63,371 nt of DNA from Mizuhopecten yessoensis (taxonomy: Eukaryota), in NCBI RefSeq assembly GCF_002113885.1, contig NW_018408881.1, positions 1,234,288-1,297,658 of the forward strand, read 5' to 3'. Position numbers and translations under genes: made by a program. Each line of letters begins with the position of its first letter. Within the stretch, counting starts at the first letter, position 1. Below the pieces are notes generated by a model that saw nothing but the letters and a program-made list of their open reading frames with translations, made no database searches and had not been told where the DNA came from. Positions 25,061 through 38,350 of this stretch are shown one piece after another.

Positions 25061-26474
25061 AAAAGGATGCTGAAGTATGTATTTCAGATAGCTGCCACAT
25101 GTTTCCTCTTCAGCTTAATTTATTTTTCTCGAAATCTTGCGTAAAATCTTTTGAAAGTTTACGAAATCTTGAAATATGAATCATTAAATAATCTGGGTCC
25201 AACCAGGTTGAACGTTTCAGCTTTAATTAGAAATTAGAATCTTTTCTCAAATAGATAGGATAACATCAATCTGAAAAGAGAAACAATGATGAAATATACT
25301 TCCTCTTCAAACTGACTTTGCATTATAAATGCCATATTGCTATAGAAAACAAGGATTACTGTGACTATCTAAAATTAATTGAAAAAAAAAATCAATTTCG
25401 AAAAATTATTCATAGTTCTAATAAAAATGTTTGTATTTGCACAGTTTAAATTTTCAAATCAAAATTTCATGGCTGTTTTATGATCTTTCATCATTTAGAG
25501 TTTATAACTTAGGAAGGAATGCTAACAGTGACAGAATGTGCCAAACAGTAAAATTGTAATCAATGTTTAAAGGTCCCAGACTTACAATCTGGGCCTAAAT
25601 GCCCCATGGCTGGTTAGCTTAATGTCATATCCACATGCAAACAATACCTTATGTCTGAAATATATTCTTACAAATTTAAAGCTTTTTCTTCTTTTGGAAA
25701 GATCTTGATAATTCAAAATCATAAAATTTGTGTACATGGTTTGTATAAAAATGTTCATATTATGTTATAAGATACATAAAACATTATTTCTTGAATTTCT
25801 GGCAAGCTTGAATGTTTTACAACTTAAGCTTGTATGAATGTTTCAGCTGAAGTTCTGTGTATAAATGTGTGTTAGTATGCTGGTATGTATTGAACTCCTA
25901 TAGACCAAACCTACCTGAATCTGATATCAGTAATTTGTTACCTACGACGCCAACAGTTTAGACTTTATGAAAGAACATAGTCAACAAAAAGACAAACCCG
26001 CCATTTACAACAGGGAATTAAATCTTGCTTACGCCCCAATAGTTGTACATTCATTTTAGGGATATTGACAATACTATTTCTTTTACAAGCCATTAGCTAG
26101 GGTAGATCAGAATGCATATAAGATAACGGATTCAGTATCAAGCTGACAATGCATGATAGAACTTGGTCCTCTTGTATGTGTTCAAATGTCTTTGGGTTTG
26201 CACTCTATCAAAGTGATGTTAGCTTACAAGTTTTTGACTCAAGCTTGTACTATTTTGTTCTGAACGATTTAAAATCAGGAATATGGAAGTATTGGTTTTA
26301 AGGTCACCTGGCCCTTCAGACAAGGAGCCCTTGTAATCCATCCTGTTTGTTTATATACTTTTCTTTGAATCTCTTCAAATTTGGTAGAAAATATTACTAG
26401 ATAATGATGATTCAGATTTGCAAGGAAGAAGGCCTCGGGTTGGCCATCTCCAGGGGTCCTTAAAGGGCAAAAAC

Positions 26475-27126
26475 AGATTTTCAGAGGTGAGAAAAAAGTC
26501 TAGCTGGGCTTGTTTTCTATGATTTTTTTTCTTCCATGTGAATAGTTCTTTTTTTTATCAGGGTGATGTTCTCTACCTATATATATCTACTAAATTTTCG
26601 TCTTCTACAAAATTTGAATGACTTTATCTCTTGACTTTGGGTTATTTATGTGTTTATAATTTTCGTAATCTATATCAGGTTTTAAAACTAGGTTGAAATC
26701 TCCGCATATTATCTGTGAATCTTTATTGAATTCATCTAAGGTGTTTTCTATATTTTCGAAGAAAGATGGTGTATCTGTGTTTGGACCATAAACATTGATT
26801 AGTGTAATTATTTGGCCCTCAATCATTATATCTAATGCCAAAAAAATCCCCGAGTTATCCTGCTTTACTTTAAAGTAACTTTTACTTTAAAGTTTACTTT
26901 AAAAACTTTATGTTCAAAATTGTTATTAATTAAAAATGCCACCCCTCTTGAATTTGTCATATCCCCATTCTGACCTTATTCTAGCTTCAGTCTGCTTTGT
27001 GAAGTGAGTATCTTGAATACAATAAATGCTATATTTCTTACCTCTTAAGTATGCAAAAAGATCTTTACATTTGTTTCCATCACCAAGACCCTGACAATTT
27101 GCTGAGAGTACATCAATTGTGTCCAC
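26475..27126 (-). pseudogene. Decayed L1/Tx1-clade LINE ORF2 fragment, APE endonuclease domain only
   Basis: Motifs 'LSANCQGL', 'YCIQDTH', 'TLINVYGPN', 'IICGDFN' and 'LDFFLTS' are split over frameshifted or stopped ORFs 26926-27126 and 26605-26841 and the sequence downstream. Confidence 0.9.
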
Positions 27127-30100
27127 CCCCCATTATGTCAATGTATATTGCGAGAGACCACTTACTTCAGATGAACCATGTGTTGTTGCCAACAGTGTTA
27201 TAGAATACGGATAACGTTGGAGCATTAACCAGGAGAAAGACAAAAATAACATTTGTATAAAGGACATGACATCCATTACAACATACTACAATTATGCTTA
27301 AAAATAGCTCCTTCATTGGTTTAATTTGCAGCTACCTAATTTAAACTGATAAGTGTTGGATCAGTAATATCATACCCCAGAGGTTCACAGCCAAGTTAAT
27401 GCCCGCATGCACCCACCCACACCAACATGTATCGCATGTTGTGAGTCACATATATAGATATAGCCCGGGTATTCCGACTCCCCCGCCACCCTGAAAGGTA
27501 GACGTCTGACGTGGAACAGAAAGAACATCCATTTGTCAAAAGTAACTCAGTCTGGTGAAGGAGCCAGAGGACACCCGGGCCGATAGAAATTATATATATA
27601 TACATGTACATGATACGTGCGCATATCAGCACCACCATAGGCATTCAAGACTCTGACAGTAATAACAGAAATATTAACAATAACAAAAAAACCAATAGGG
27701 GTAGTACTGTCCCTTTGTTTTCCATTTCTCTACTTATACTGTCAGACCTCCAAAGGCCTACTGTGCAAGCATGTGCATCGGCGATAAACCGCCTGTGGTC
27801 CGAGCTTTTATTATGATATCAGCCACCACATGTGTATTTGATAAGTGTTCAGTTCTATTTACAACTTTATACAACTCGTCTAAATACCGGTTTCGTTATA
27901 CCCATGCATGCTCTGCCTGCTGCTGGCTATAATCCTCTCCAGTACGGGCTGTGGATGACTGTAGGCCTAGTTTTGTTTTCTAGTTTTGTTTTCTAAATAA
28001 AGATCTGTTACCCACAATCCCTGGTTTGTTTCCGGTTAGAGTGTTCAAGTATTTACCCTGACGATCAAGTGGTGTACACAAATTTATGCAACAGTTTTAT
28101 ATATTAAAATTTTGATATTTTTTATGAAAAGTCTTACTAGCCTAAGTGCATGTCAAGTCTCTTCAGAACAAAGAAATATGACATTCATAAATAAATATTG
28201 GTAACTTGAATGGAACCATATATTGTCATGTTGTTCTAATTAAGGGACAATACATTGCAGTGACTTAAGGTATAGGGGAGATAATTCTACCACGCAGCAG
28301 GCAAAGCATCAAGACAAGACATGATCAACACATAATCATATACACCTTGATTAGTTTTCATGTAATGTCGACCTCGATGTAAGCTGATCCAGCTTCTTGT
28401 GTAAACACTAAACAGTTTGATTATACATATTTATCATTCAGGATACACTAGGTACTCATCAAGATGTTTAATTTACAATTTCATGTACGCAACCTATTCC
28501 GTCTTTGCGTATTGCAGAGTTATCTTCTCTTGGGAGCAGGTATTGATTGTTAAGTCATAGGTTTGTGTGAGAAAATTACGTCGTTTTCTCAAAAATTGAT
28601 GACGTTTCTCTCTTAAACAAGTGACGTAACAACCAATACCTGTTCTCAAGAGAAGATAACTCTGCAATATGCAAAGACGGAATAGATAGCAGAAAATTAA
28701 AAGTACAAATGCATCCTCTTGGCATACAGATAGTGATATTGGAGTAAAGAAACATACAACTGTTTGTATATTCTTAGTCTCTAGCAAAACAATGATATCT
28801 AATCTATGGTGACCTACAGTGACCGCCCAAGGGTGGTTTGATCATCCCAGCCTGATATATAATATTTACCTATATTGACCAGTCCAGCTGGCATTTATAT
28901 AGTCATAATATTTATGTTATAACTATTGAATATTTGCTGTCATGATTAAATATGTTTCTAAATCATTATAGATTGAAGAATTGTTGTTTTTCACATCGAT
29001 ATTCAACCTATTTCTCCGTTTTTAGATTTATTATTCATTTTATTATTTATCTTCATTATTTTTTTATGATATATATATATATTTCGACACCTGAATCTAT
29101 ACTGATTTAGTATATGGTGGCTTAGCCAGTTGTTTTCGGTGGTTTAGACTCCAGACGCCGGTTATATGCATTCTTTGCTTGACAAAGGAAACAGACGTTT
29201 TCGAAAGCTTGCAAAACAAGTTTTTAATTACTGTTTGTATTCAAAACAAACTTAGTATTTATTATTCATACAAAACCGATTAATCTAATCCCGAAATTTC
29301 AATTTATTCTGTAACATTTCATTGGTATTGTTTGAATGCTCGTAACTGGCCTCATCAAATATGGGCAAGGGTTTGACTACCAACATCAATGGAAACTTAC
29401 ATAAGATCCCAAACCAGGGTCTTAAAATCATTGTATCAATATTGTTTATTTCAAAGCAAATCTTGGTGAAAAGATTGATGGCCTGCATCAAATTTTAATT
29501 TAGTGTTTTTTGTGTGTGTGAAATATAACTATAAATAAAAAGTATGTTGACGGATTCTTTCAGGAGTGGTCACTGTCCTTTCAAGACAAAAAGGTTTTCA
29601 ATTTGTTACAAAATGGTAGAAATTACATTTTGCAAAATCAGGAGTATTATGAATAAATTACTAACATATCATGAATGTAATATTTGAATCTTTGAAACCT
29701 TAACACCACTGGGGTATCAATGTTTAATTTTCTCCTGGAAGTTTTCTCAGACATGAGAAGGGCATATGTCTGTTGATGTAGAATTTTTGAGAAGACACTG
29801 TTTTATTAGCTATTGTATCTATAGTTAAGATTCTGTTTACCTGAGAACTTCAGTCTTAAGATACAAATATGACCTGTGTGGGAAATGAAACGAGATAGGA
29901 AAATTATCTTGTACACAATGAGAGATCAGTTGGCAGTAGGGTTTAGCTGTATTGTCCTGCTCTGAACAGTAAAATGAACTCTGTTGACTGTCTTTCCTAT
30001 GTATATAAACAAACAATTCATTCTAGTTGTAGGTTTCAATTTTAAAGCACTTGTATCAATTTCAGATAAATGCGAAAAAATTGAAACCCCGAAATAAACA

Positions 30101-32889
30101 ACCTGACTCAAATCAATTACTGCAGGCTAATTAAAGGTATAATGTCTCTACTTGGACAATAAGTTTACCTGTTTCGTTGAGGAAGGAGACTCACAGCTGA
30201 AATGTTACAAATTCTTGGCTTTGTGTTATAAAGTAAGACATCTGAGGCAATGTAACCATGGTACCCGTTTTAAAGGGATTGAAATCAGGCATGTCGCACT
30301 CAAAATATATACCGACACAAGATCCTTACGTGTTATATACAACGGGTGTCGTTATCAGCTTACAGGATATGTCTACATTTTTGTACGATAAATCTTACAT
30401 ATAACAGATAAAGAGGATTGTGCCGAAAGAACTATGAACTTTAAGATAAAACGTGATTACAACATATTTTGACTACAGACTTACATGTTTTTATTTTAAT
30501 TTATTATTAAGTTTAAAAAATATTAATTCATATTTTGTAAATAATTGTTATAGTTTAGTTCCTGACATGTACAGTATGTTAATGTACACCCATAGTGATT
30601 TAATTATTTATCTTTTTGTAAATGTTTGTTCATATATAGTTTAAACTTTACTGAACCAAGAATAGCAAAGATAATTTTTTTTACACTTGGGAGAATCAGA
30701 AATGATTATATATTAGTGTGACATCGCTTCATATATATTAGCCCAAGGGAGACAACTTGTACGTGTATATTCTTTAAAATGTACAGGTTTGATTGAATTA
30801 ACATAGAAATATATATATTGGGACCTAATTGAAGGTCTGGTGGGGTGTTTCCTATTTCTTTTCAGTGTGCTTTGTGTGGCAAAGAAAAGTTCAATTTAAA
30901 TTTTGACATAGCTAAAATTATTGAAAACTGTGTGATCTTCAAAGGTTTAGAATATGTTGACAATTTGTTTTGAGTTCAGATTTAAAAAAAAATAAAAATA
31001 GTTAATATTTTTAATTTGAGATTCAAAAATTTTTGAAATTTATTTGAATATACTCAGGCCAAAATGGTCTTGATTAAATTCCTTTTTCAAGCATTTTCTA
31101 ATTGTCAATATATATTCCACCATTATATACTATATATGTACTGTTTGTTGATTATTTCTTAAATAAATACAGTGGGACCTTGTTAAAAATCTGGTTTATA
31201 CAGTAATATATAGAGTAGGACTCTTTGAAGGTCTGGCATGAATTGTACAAATTTATACGTTTCTTGATTATTTAGCATGGTGGTCCAGCTACAAGTTACA
31301 CTGTACAGTAGTACTGTACCAAAACTTTAAAACTTTTGCAAACATTCAGAGGAAAAAGTCTGGCTTTAGCTCGTAATATGATTGAATAATCATAAAAGGA
31401 GATTAATATTAAATTCCATTTAAAGCAAATATTTCCATGTTTTCTTTATACAAACTATTATGATTGATTGTCCATACACTGGAGCTGTATTGTAAGGTAT
31501 AGATTGTTATCAACATTGAAAAGGAGTTCTACAAATATTGAACGTTCTTTTGCTTTTAAGTTCTGTTGACAATTTTTGACATTATCAATCGATGATGTGC
31601 TTTCAATACAGCTAACAGGTTTGTCCACCTGTGAGAAATAGATAACAATACCTATATAATATACCTGTTCTCGTTAGATAAACCACAGGTACTCAATATA
31701 CCTTAATACAGATTTTCCTGCCCAGGTAAACTTTCTTTGTTGCTGAAAATATAGAAGGAAAAGTTAAACAAGCTTAAAATTTAAGTTTTTAAATTATTTT
31801 TCACTTGATTTAATATTTCTATTTTTATAAAATGAAATATTGAGTATTAAATTTTCAATCCAGAATAATAATGTTTTAAATTAGCAAAATGAATATTTTT
31901 TCATTTGAATTTTAAAAATTGATTGTAGTTAAAAATAAATTAAATTATTGATAGGTCAACCTAACAAGGCTTTTTATAAAAATGCTCTGGGTCTATAATG
32001 GAACACATTTTAGATTTCATTGAAGATGTTTGAGAACTTTGTACTCCGCGTTTCTTAAACTCTTCGCCATTTTCAAGTGTTCTTTGTTTACTATAATATT
32101 GTATACCCAAATTTAAATACAGGCACTTACGAATTAAAGTGAACATGATTTTAACATTTCGATTCAACAACCCTGAGAAAATTGCCTGGAAACGTAGTTG
32201 ATTTCGTCATGAGGGTAAAGATATTCGTGTAAAAGTCTGCCACGACTTTTGGATATAAATCAAAACATTTTCGTGATCAGGTTTTACAGTTATGCAGTGT
32301 TTTTTTCTGATCAGAGCTGAAATTGATCTGGTGTGTTGTGTTTCGTCCGTCCGTGAATTTATGTTTCGAAGTAGGTCAGAGTAACTTTCAACAAGGCATA
32401 TATATATGTGGATGAAACCTGGATGAAACTGCAATGTGATATAAAAATGTGTCAATCAAGTTTGTTTCAATTCTTTAAATGGTTATTGTGAGGATAAACC
32501 TTTTCAAAAGTTTTCACTGTGAATTATACTGATGGCAGCATTCTCCTTGGATTTTTATTATAAAGGCTTTGGGTCAGAAGCAGGGAGACCTTCACTTCAG
32601 GAAGCCATTTACATCAATATTACATAAAGGCTAAATAATACCGTTTCTAAACACTGTGTTTCATGTTCGTGAACCAGAAGTTAAGGTTCATGAGCACCTG
32701 GATGACATTCTTTGTCAGCTAATGCAGACAAAATGGAAACATATTGATTTCGACTGAATGTTCCGAATCTGATTTAAAAGTTTATTTCCTTAGAGCCGAG
32801 GGGAGTTTGACGAAGACTTTCATTCTGCCAACTCAGTTATTTATATCTGTGTTGTGAGGCGTTTAGTATACCATACTTTATGTTTGGAA

Positions 32890-32904
32890 ATGGAAGGTTT
32901 TGAG
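32890..32904 (+). CDS. Candidate micro first coding exon (MEGFE)
   Basis: GAAATGG start, strong phase-0 donor GAG|GTAAGA, at the end of a repeat-free leader-like stretch. Confidence 0.3.
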
Positions 32905-33815
32905 GTAAGATATCAAATATGTATCAAATATGTATCAACAGGTACAATTGAAATGGATATCAACAGTTTTATATATCCTAGGTGATATTTGATGTTGTAT
33001 TGTATGAAAAGCTACAAAGTGACATTAGGCAAAAGTTTAATCATCACGCCTGAATTGTCAAAAATATACCTGGAAATATTATTTTTCATTATTTTATTAA
33101 AAAGTTTTAAAACACTTGTAGTTAAAAAAGAAAAAGGACCGACATGTACGGTAATGGCGCTGATAATTAATATTGATATAAGTGACTATCCCATATGTGT
33201 GTGTGTTCAGAATCAAATGTGTTGGATATCAATTGTAATTTCGTTTTCATCAACTGTTAACTGAAAGCATCTGTTTCTAGTTTTGATCTTGTATTGTGGA
33301 TTAGGCAAGAGGATAATTTAACATTCTATGGAGAGGAAATGGGAAATGCTCAATAGCGATTTCACGTGCGACTGTTTTTGATTTATTCACGGTGGAGCCA
33401 TTTATTTGGACTTTGAGAAAAGTGTTTGGAGAATTAACTTTCACCTACTGTACAGTTTTTGAAATCCAATTGTATTGTACATTATCAAAGAAACAAATCT
33501 ACATGTGAAATTCAGAAATTCTGTTGGAAGACCAGAGGAAATAACTTTATTCAAAGTTCAAGGAAAAATCTGATCTCTGAGTGATTCAGAGATTGGGAAA
33601 TTGATGTTTAATAAGTTTCAGCTGTTGGAAATGATGTGGGAATGTGCAGCTAAGATTGAGAATTAAGTACACCATAATTGGGTGATTGTAACACAATCTG
33701 GCTATTAACCATCGCAAGGAGTAATTTGTTCCTTATATGGCCGAAGGGCAACATGGCCCACCGCTGGAGTGTTTTGAATTATAATGGATAAATATTATAA
33801 CACACAAGCTTCCTA

Positions 33816-33848
33816 ATGGCTGGGAAAGGTACAGACGGGAAGATGAAG
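33816..33848 (+). CDS. Candidate short first coding exon (MAGKGTDGKMK)
   Basis: ATGG start, phase-0 donor AAG|GTAAAT. Short enough to be chance. Confidence 0.25.
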
Positions 33849-34314
33849 GTAAATATTTTTTATCAAGAAAAAACTGATGTTTTCCTGTTAGTAAGGTCAC
33901 TATATATGTATTTGATGTTTTATGAATATTATTATCGGTCCTATAATTTTATAAGACCTTTTTATGTACCGGGGGTAAAATAATTTGCATACTGATTTGA
34001 AATAGACACCCTTTAGGTGTGAGACTGTATGTAGTACAATGCCTTGGTATCTTTAAGCAATACAAAATCTGCTGTGATATATTTCAAACAAACCTGACCC
34101 ATCCTTATACATTTATTAAAATATTAAATTGATAATACTGTGAAATTGTGTCCTAAGTAAAGACATAATGTCGAAAAAAGCATCAAAGCTATGATCAGAA
34201 TGGGGTTGCCAATATATACTTAAACCATTATTGAATGGTTTCGCTCACATTATTACAACTTTTGACATAATATATATAAACTTTTGTATTTTACAACAAT
34301 TATGAAACAAGTTA

Positions 34315-34500
34315 TTTCAACTTATATTAATCACCCTTGCTGGCGTGGATGTAAGCACACAGGGGTCTTATTGTGGGAGGAAACCAGAACTCACAGGGTT
34401 GTCAGGTGACCCCATACCTTTTCATGTTCCATATAGGAATCAATTAAACTCTGGTGAAAGGCATTAAGTGCGCTATCCACTGCACCACCCGATCACCCTA
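34315..34500 (-). mobile_element. tRNA-derived SINE, second family
   Basis: Reverse strand reads GGGTGATCGGGTGGTGCAGTGGATAGCGCAC...GGTTTCCTCCCACAATAAGACCCC...GTGATTAATATAAG. Matches the copy at 44685. Confidence 0.7.
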
Positions 34501-34687
34501 AATACAGGATGAAGAGCCTATTTTTTGTTATCATGTTGCACTTACTATAAAGTTCTATTGGTGAAAAGACAATGTGTTATGGTGCATGCTAACCGTATGT
34601 GGTAATTGTGCTAGCTAATCTATTCTAATTTTATAAAATGAGGCAGATCTTGAGGCTTAAAAATCAACTAAAAAGGGGTGTTATAGC

Positions 34688-34778
34688 TTAACTCATTTAC
34701 CCCTACATTTTTAAACTGGGCTTGCCCAGTTTTTGATATGGTAAGGTTCAATTGTGACATTAGGGGTGAATTGGTTAG
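34688..34778 (+). mobile_element. 91-bp TTAA MITE, subfamily 1
   Basis: Same TIR and core. Confidence 0.8.
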
Positions 34779-37193
34779 TAGAATACTATTATTATGTACC
34801 TACAGGTACATATGTACTGAGTGCTATTGAGTATAGGAAAAAAGCATGTTAAAGCTATCAAAAAAATACCTCAAGTGATTTGCACTGAAAAATATTGTGA
34901 GAGCTGAATTTATCTTTCCGGTAGCATACTTAAACAAGAGTTTGTTTAAGTAAGAAAATGATAAATGATCCTCTCTGGAATATACCCTTACAACCAATGT
35001 CATTACCATGTACATATCTGAAAATAAGGTGTGAATGTTTTGCTAAACATTTTGATACCATTTCCTTTCAAAGAGACAGTGTCAGTTTTTATTACCGAAT
35101 GGGTGTTTGATCTTTCTGATTAATCATTTTGTACACTCATATGATTTGTTGACACTTCAGACTTGAATGATAGGTTAATTACTATAACCGGGTTACATCT
35201 GTGTATAAAACTGCGATCTCTCAACTATTCACTGTCTTGAACTAAATAAGTAAGAGTTATGTCCCTTGGTATTATATAATGGAAAATTAAGTTCTTTTTT
35301 TATTAACATTCTCAGTTAGTTTTTTCCTTTTATTTGATACAAAAGTTGTGAATTCATAAATGGAAGTTGAATTATTGACAATATTCATTTATCAAATCAT
35401 ACTTCCTTTGAAAGGGCACCATAGATAAAAAAAATATTTTTTGAATAATTCTCAAAGGCACTTTTAATGAAAGGTTATTGAAAATGCATTTAAAAAGAAA
35501 TTGTCATATTTTTAATATTCATTTGATATATGTCAAGTATTTCCAATTGAAGTGAGTTGTCCTGATTTTATGATTATGTTATAAATTAACTATAATTAAT
35601 AATTTGATTATATAAAATGTCACGATATTTCAAGTTGTCCTGAACCTGACTAAATTAACTCAAAGTAAATTTCGTTTTAATCATGAATTGGTAATTTATG
35701 ATTCTGAATTCATTATCAACATCCTTAAGGTGTAATTTACATATTTGTATGGCATATGATATGCATGTCAACTCACTTTGAGCAGACCAAAAATTATCAT
35801 TTTATTTCCTCAACCTCTAGATCTTGTTCGGTTGAAGTTTTTGTTATTTTAAATTAACAGGGTCGTATATTTCAGAGCTGTACATTTTCGTACACCGCTA
35901 CGTTTCCATTAAAAACAGAGCACTAGTTGACAAAAATGATTTGATTGTATTTTGAAATTTATTTTCCAACAATATAACTTGAGGCACGATCGATTTGTTT
36001 ACAATGGTTTAACAATGGTTTTGTATAGTGCTTTGAGATTAAACTAGAAAATAAAAAAAGAAGTAGTAAAGTTTTGTGTTTTAAGCGCAGACTGTTATAT
36101 ATACTAGAACGTTGGAATAATGTTAGTGTTCGTCATGCATACAGAGCTATAATCCTAATCTGTGTGTTGAGATATATACCGACATGTACTACCGTCCTAA
36201 ACAGCATTAGGGGGATTTAATTTATTTTAGGGGCTCAGTCAGGGATTCATAAAAATTAGCAAATTGATTGAAATTTTCTGAATGTGTTTATAATAATTGT
36301 ATTAAATTTCTCCAGTATTTCCCAAAATGAAAACCTACAGTCTGAGCTAATGGTCATATTAATCCTATGATTTAAATAAAGACAGTATAAAATAAATTTT
36401 ATTGTATCTTGTAATTATCAATATACTTAATAACTGACTTAAGAACTTAGGTCCAGGACAATTCCAATGATTTATTTAATGATTACTGTTCTGGTCAATA
36501 TAACAGTATTGCCTCGGTCTATATCATGTACACAATGACCACTGTGTCCAGTGTGTTCAGATGTTGACCAAAGGGTTAAATTCATAGCTACAGCAGTAGG
36601 TTAGCTCAAATATATTTTATGTATAATGTGGCACTGATGTTTTGATTGTNTGGAGGATAGGGTTAGGGGGGGGGGTCACTGGTTCAATTCCTGGTTTGGA
36701 CATGACACCCCAGGTCCCAGAAATAAAGAAAGACATAAAGAAAGATAGGTTAACATTGTGGTCTAAGGACATTTATCTAGAGGTTTGCGCTCCAGGGTTT
36801 AAATTGAATTCCGATCTGACCATTGCAAGTATATATTAGTTGGTATTATAAAGGGGTTTGACTGGATAAATTGAGGGAAAAATATCAAGAAGAAGAAAGA
36901 AGGAACCTTAAAATATGTTGGCGACTACAAAGTGACCACACTATTGACCAAAGGTTTAATTCACAGCTGGGTGCTATAACTAATACAGGAAGTTGTGTGT
37001 TATCTGTGAATTGTACTGAGATAACACAGAATAATGCCAAATTGATGTTACATTGCTGTGTCTGGTTAAATATACAACAAATCTCTTGCATTCAAAGTAA
37101 CCACACATTAAGTGACCAGAGGGGTCCATAAATTACTCATTATTTATGAGTCAATTAAAGCCTGCAGTGATTCAGGAGAAAGCTGGGCTTATT

Positions 37194-37872
37194 TCAGGAC
37201 AGTGTCCAGTTTGTCATAGTCTGGCTCAGGATACTGTCAAGTTTGATTTAGTCTAGCTCAGGACAGTGTCCAGTTTGTCTTAGTCTAGCTAAGGACAATG
37301 CCCATTTTGTCTCTAGTCTAGCTCAGGACAGTGTCCAGTTTGTCATAGTCTAGCTCAGGACAGTGTCCAGTTTGTCTTAGTCTAGCACGGCACAGTGTCC
37401 AGTTTACCTTAGTCTAGCTAGCTCAGGACAGTGTCCAGTTTGTCTTAGTCTAGCTGTGAACATTGTCCATTTTGTCTTAGTCTAGCTCATTTCATTCTTC
37501 ATTTTGCTTTAGTCTAGCTCAGGGCCATGTCCAGTTTGTCTTAGTCTATCTCTGGACAGTGTCCAGTTTGTCATAGTCTATCTCCGGACAGTGTCCAGTT
37601 TGTCTTAGTCTAGCTCAGGACAGTGTCCAGTTTGTCTATTAAGTCTAGCTCAGGACAGTGTCCAGCTTGTCTATCAAATCTAGCTCAGGACAGTGTCCAG
37701 TTTGTCATAGTCTAGCTCAGGACAGTGTCCAGTTTGTCATAGTCTAGCTCAGGTCAGTGTCCAGTTTGTCATAGTCTAGCTCAGGACAGTGTCTAGTTTG
37801 TCATAGCCTAGCTCAGGACAGTGTCCAGTTTGTCATAGTCTAGTTCAGGATAATGTCCAGTTTGGCTCAGGA
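37194..37872. repeat. 32-bp minisatellite (CTCAGGACAGTGTCCAGTTTGTCATAGTCTAG), ~21 units
   Basis: Head-to-tail units with no spacers. Confidence 0.95.
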
Positions 37873-38350
37873 TGCTGGCGAGGTCAATTTCAACAAAAGT
37901 TTTCAGATATGACAACTACCACCTGATGTTGGGCATCCAGGTATTATTTTTTCATTCTGACCCTTTTGATGGAGTTATTGCCCTTTGTTGCAAAATGCTT
38001 GCCAGCACAACTCCTCCAAAACTACTGGGCCAATTTCAAAGAAAGTTTACAAATATGGTAACTGCCCCCAGATGTTGTGTATCCATGTAGTACTTATTCA
38101 TTCCGACCCTTTTAAAAGGAGTTATGGCCCTTTGTTGAAAAAACCTTTGTCTGCCTCCTAAACTACTGGGCCGATTTCAATGAAAGTTTACAGATATTGT
38201 AATTACCTCCTGATGTCGTTCCTCAGGGTAAAGTATTTATTTGTATTTCTATCCTTTTTAAGGAGTTATGGCCCTAAGTTGTTAAAAAATCTTTGTCCTG
38301 ACAACTCGATCTTCCTTAACTACTATGATGATTTCAGCAAAACTCATTCA
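37873..38350 (+). mobile_element. Internal tandem-repeat fragment of a HINE-type element
   Basis: About 3.5 copies of a ~125-bp unit (AAACTACTGGGCC.ATTTCAA.GAAAGTTTACA..GGAGTTATGGCCCTTTGTTG). Confidence 0.6.

Noticed and set aside
33785-33878. WW-domain-like peptide KLPNGWERYRREDEGKYF
   Set aside because: No start codon or good acceptor, bounded by stops, and lacks the aromatic pair and second Trp. Probably chance.
37194-37872. CRISPR-like unit sizes of the 32-bp and 33-bp arrays
   Set aside because: Units are head-to-tail with no unique spacers, there are no cas genes, and the context is eukaryotic.
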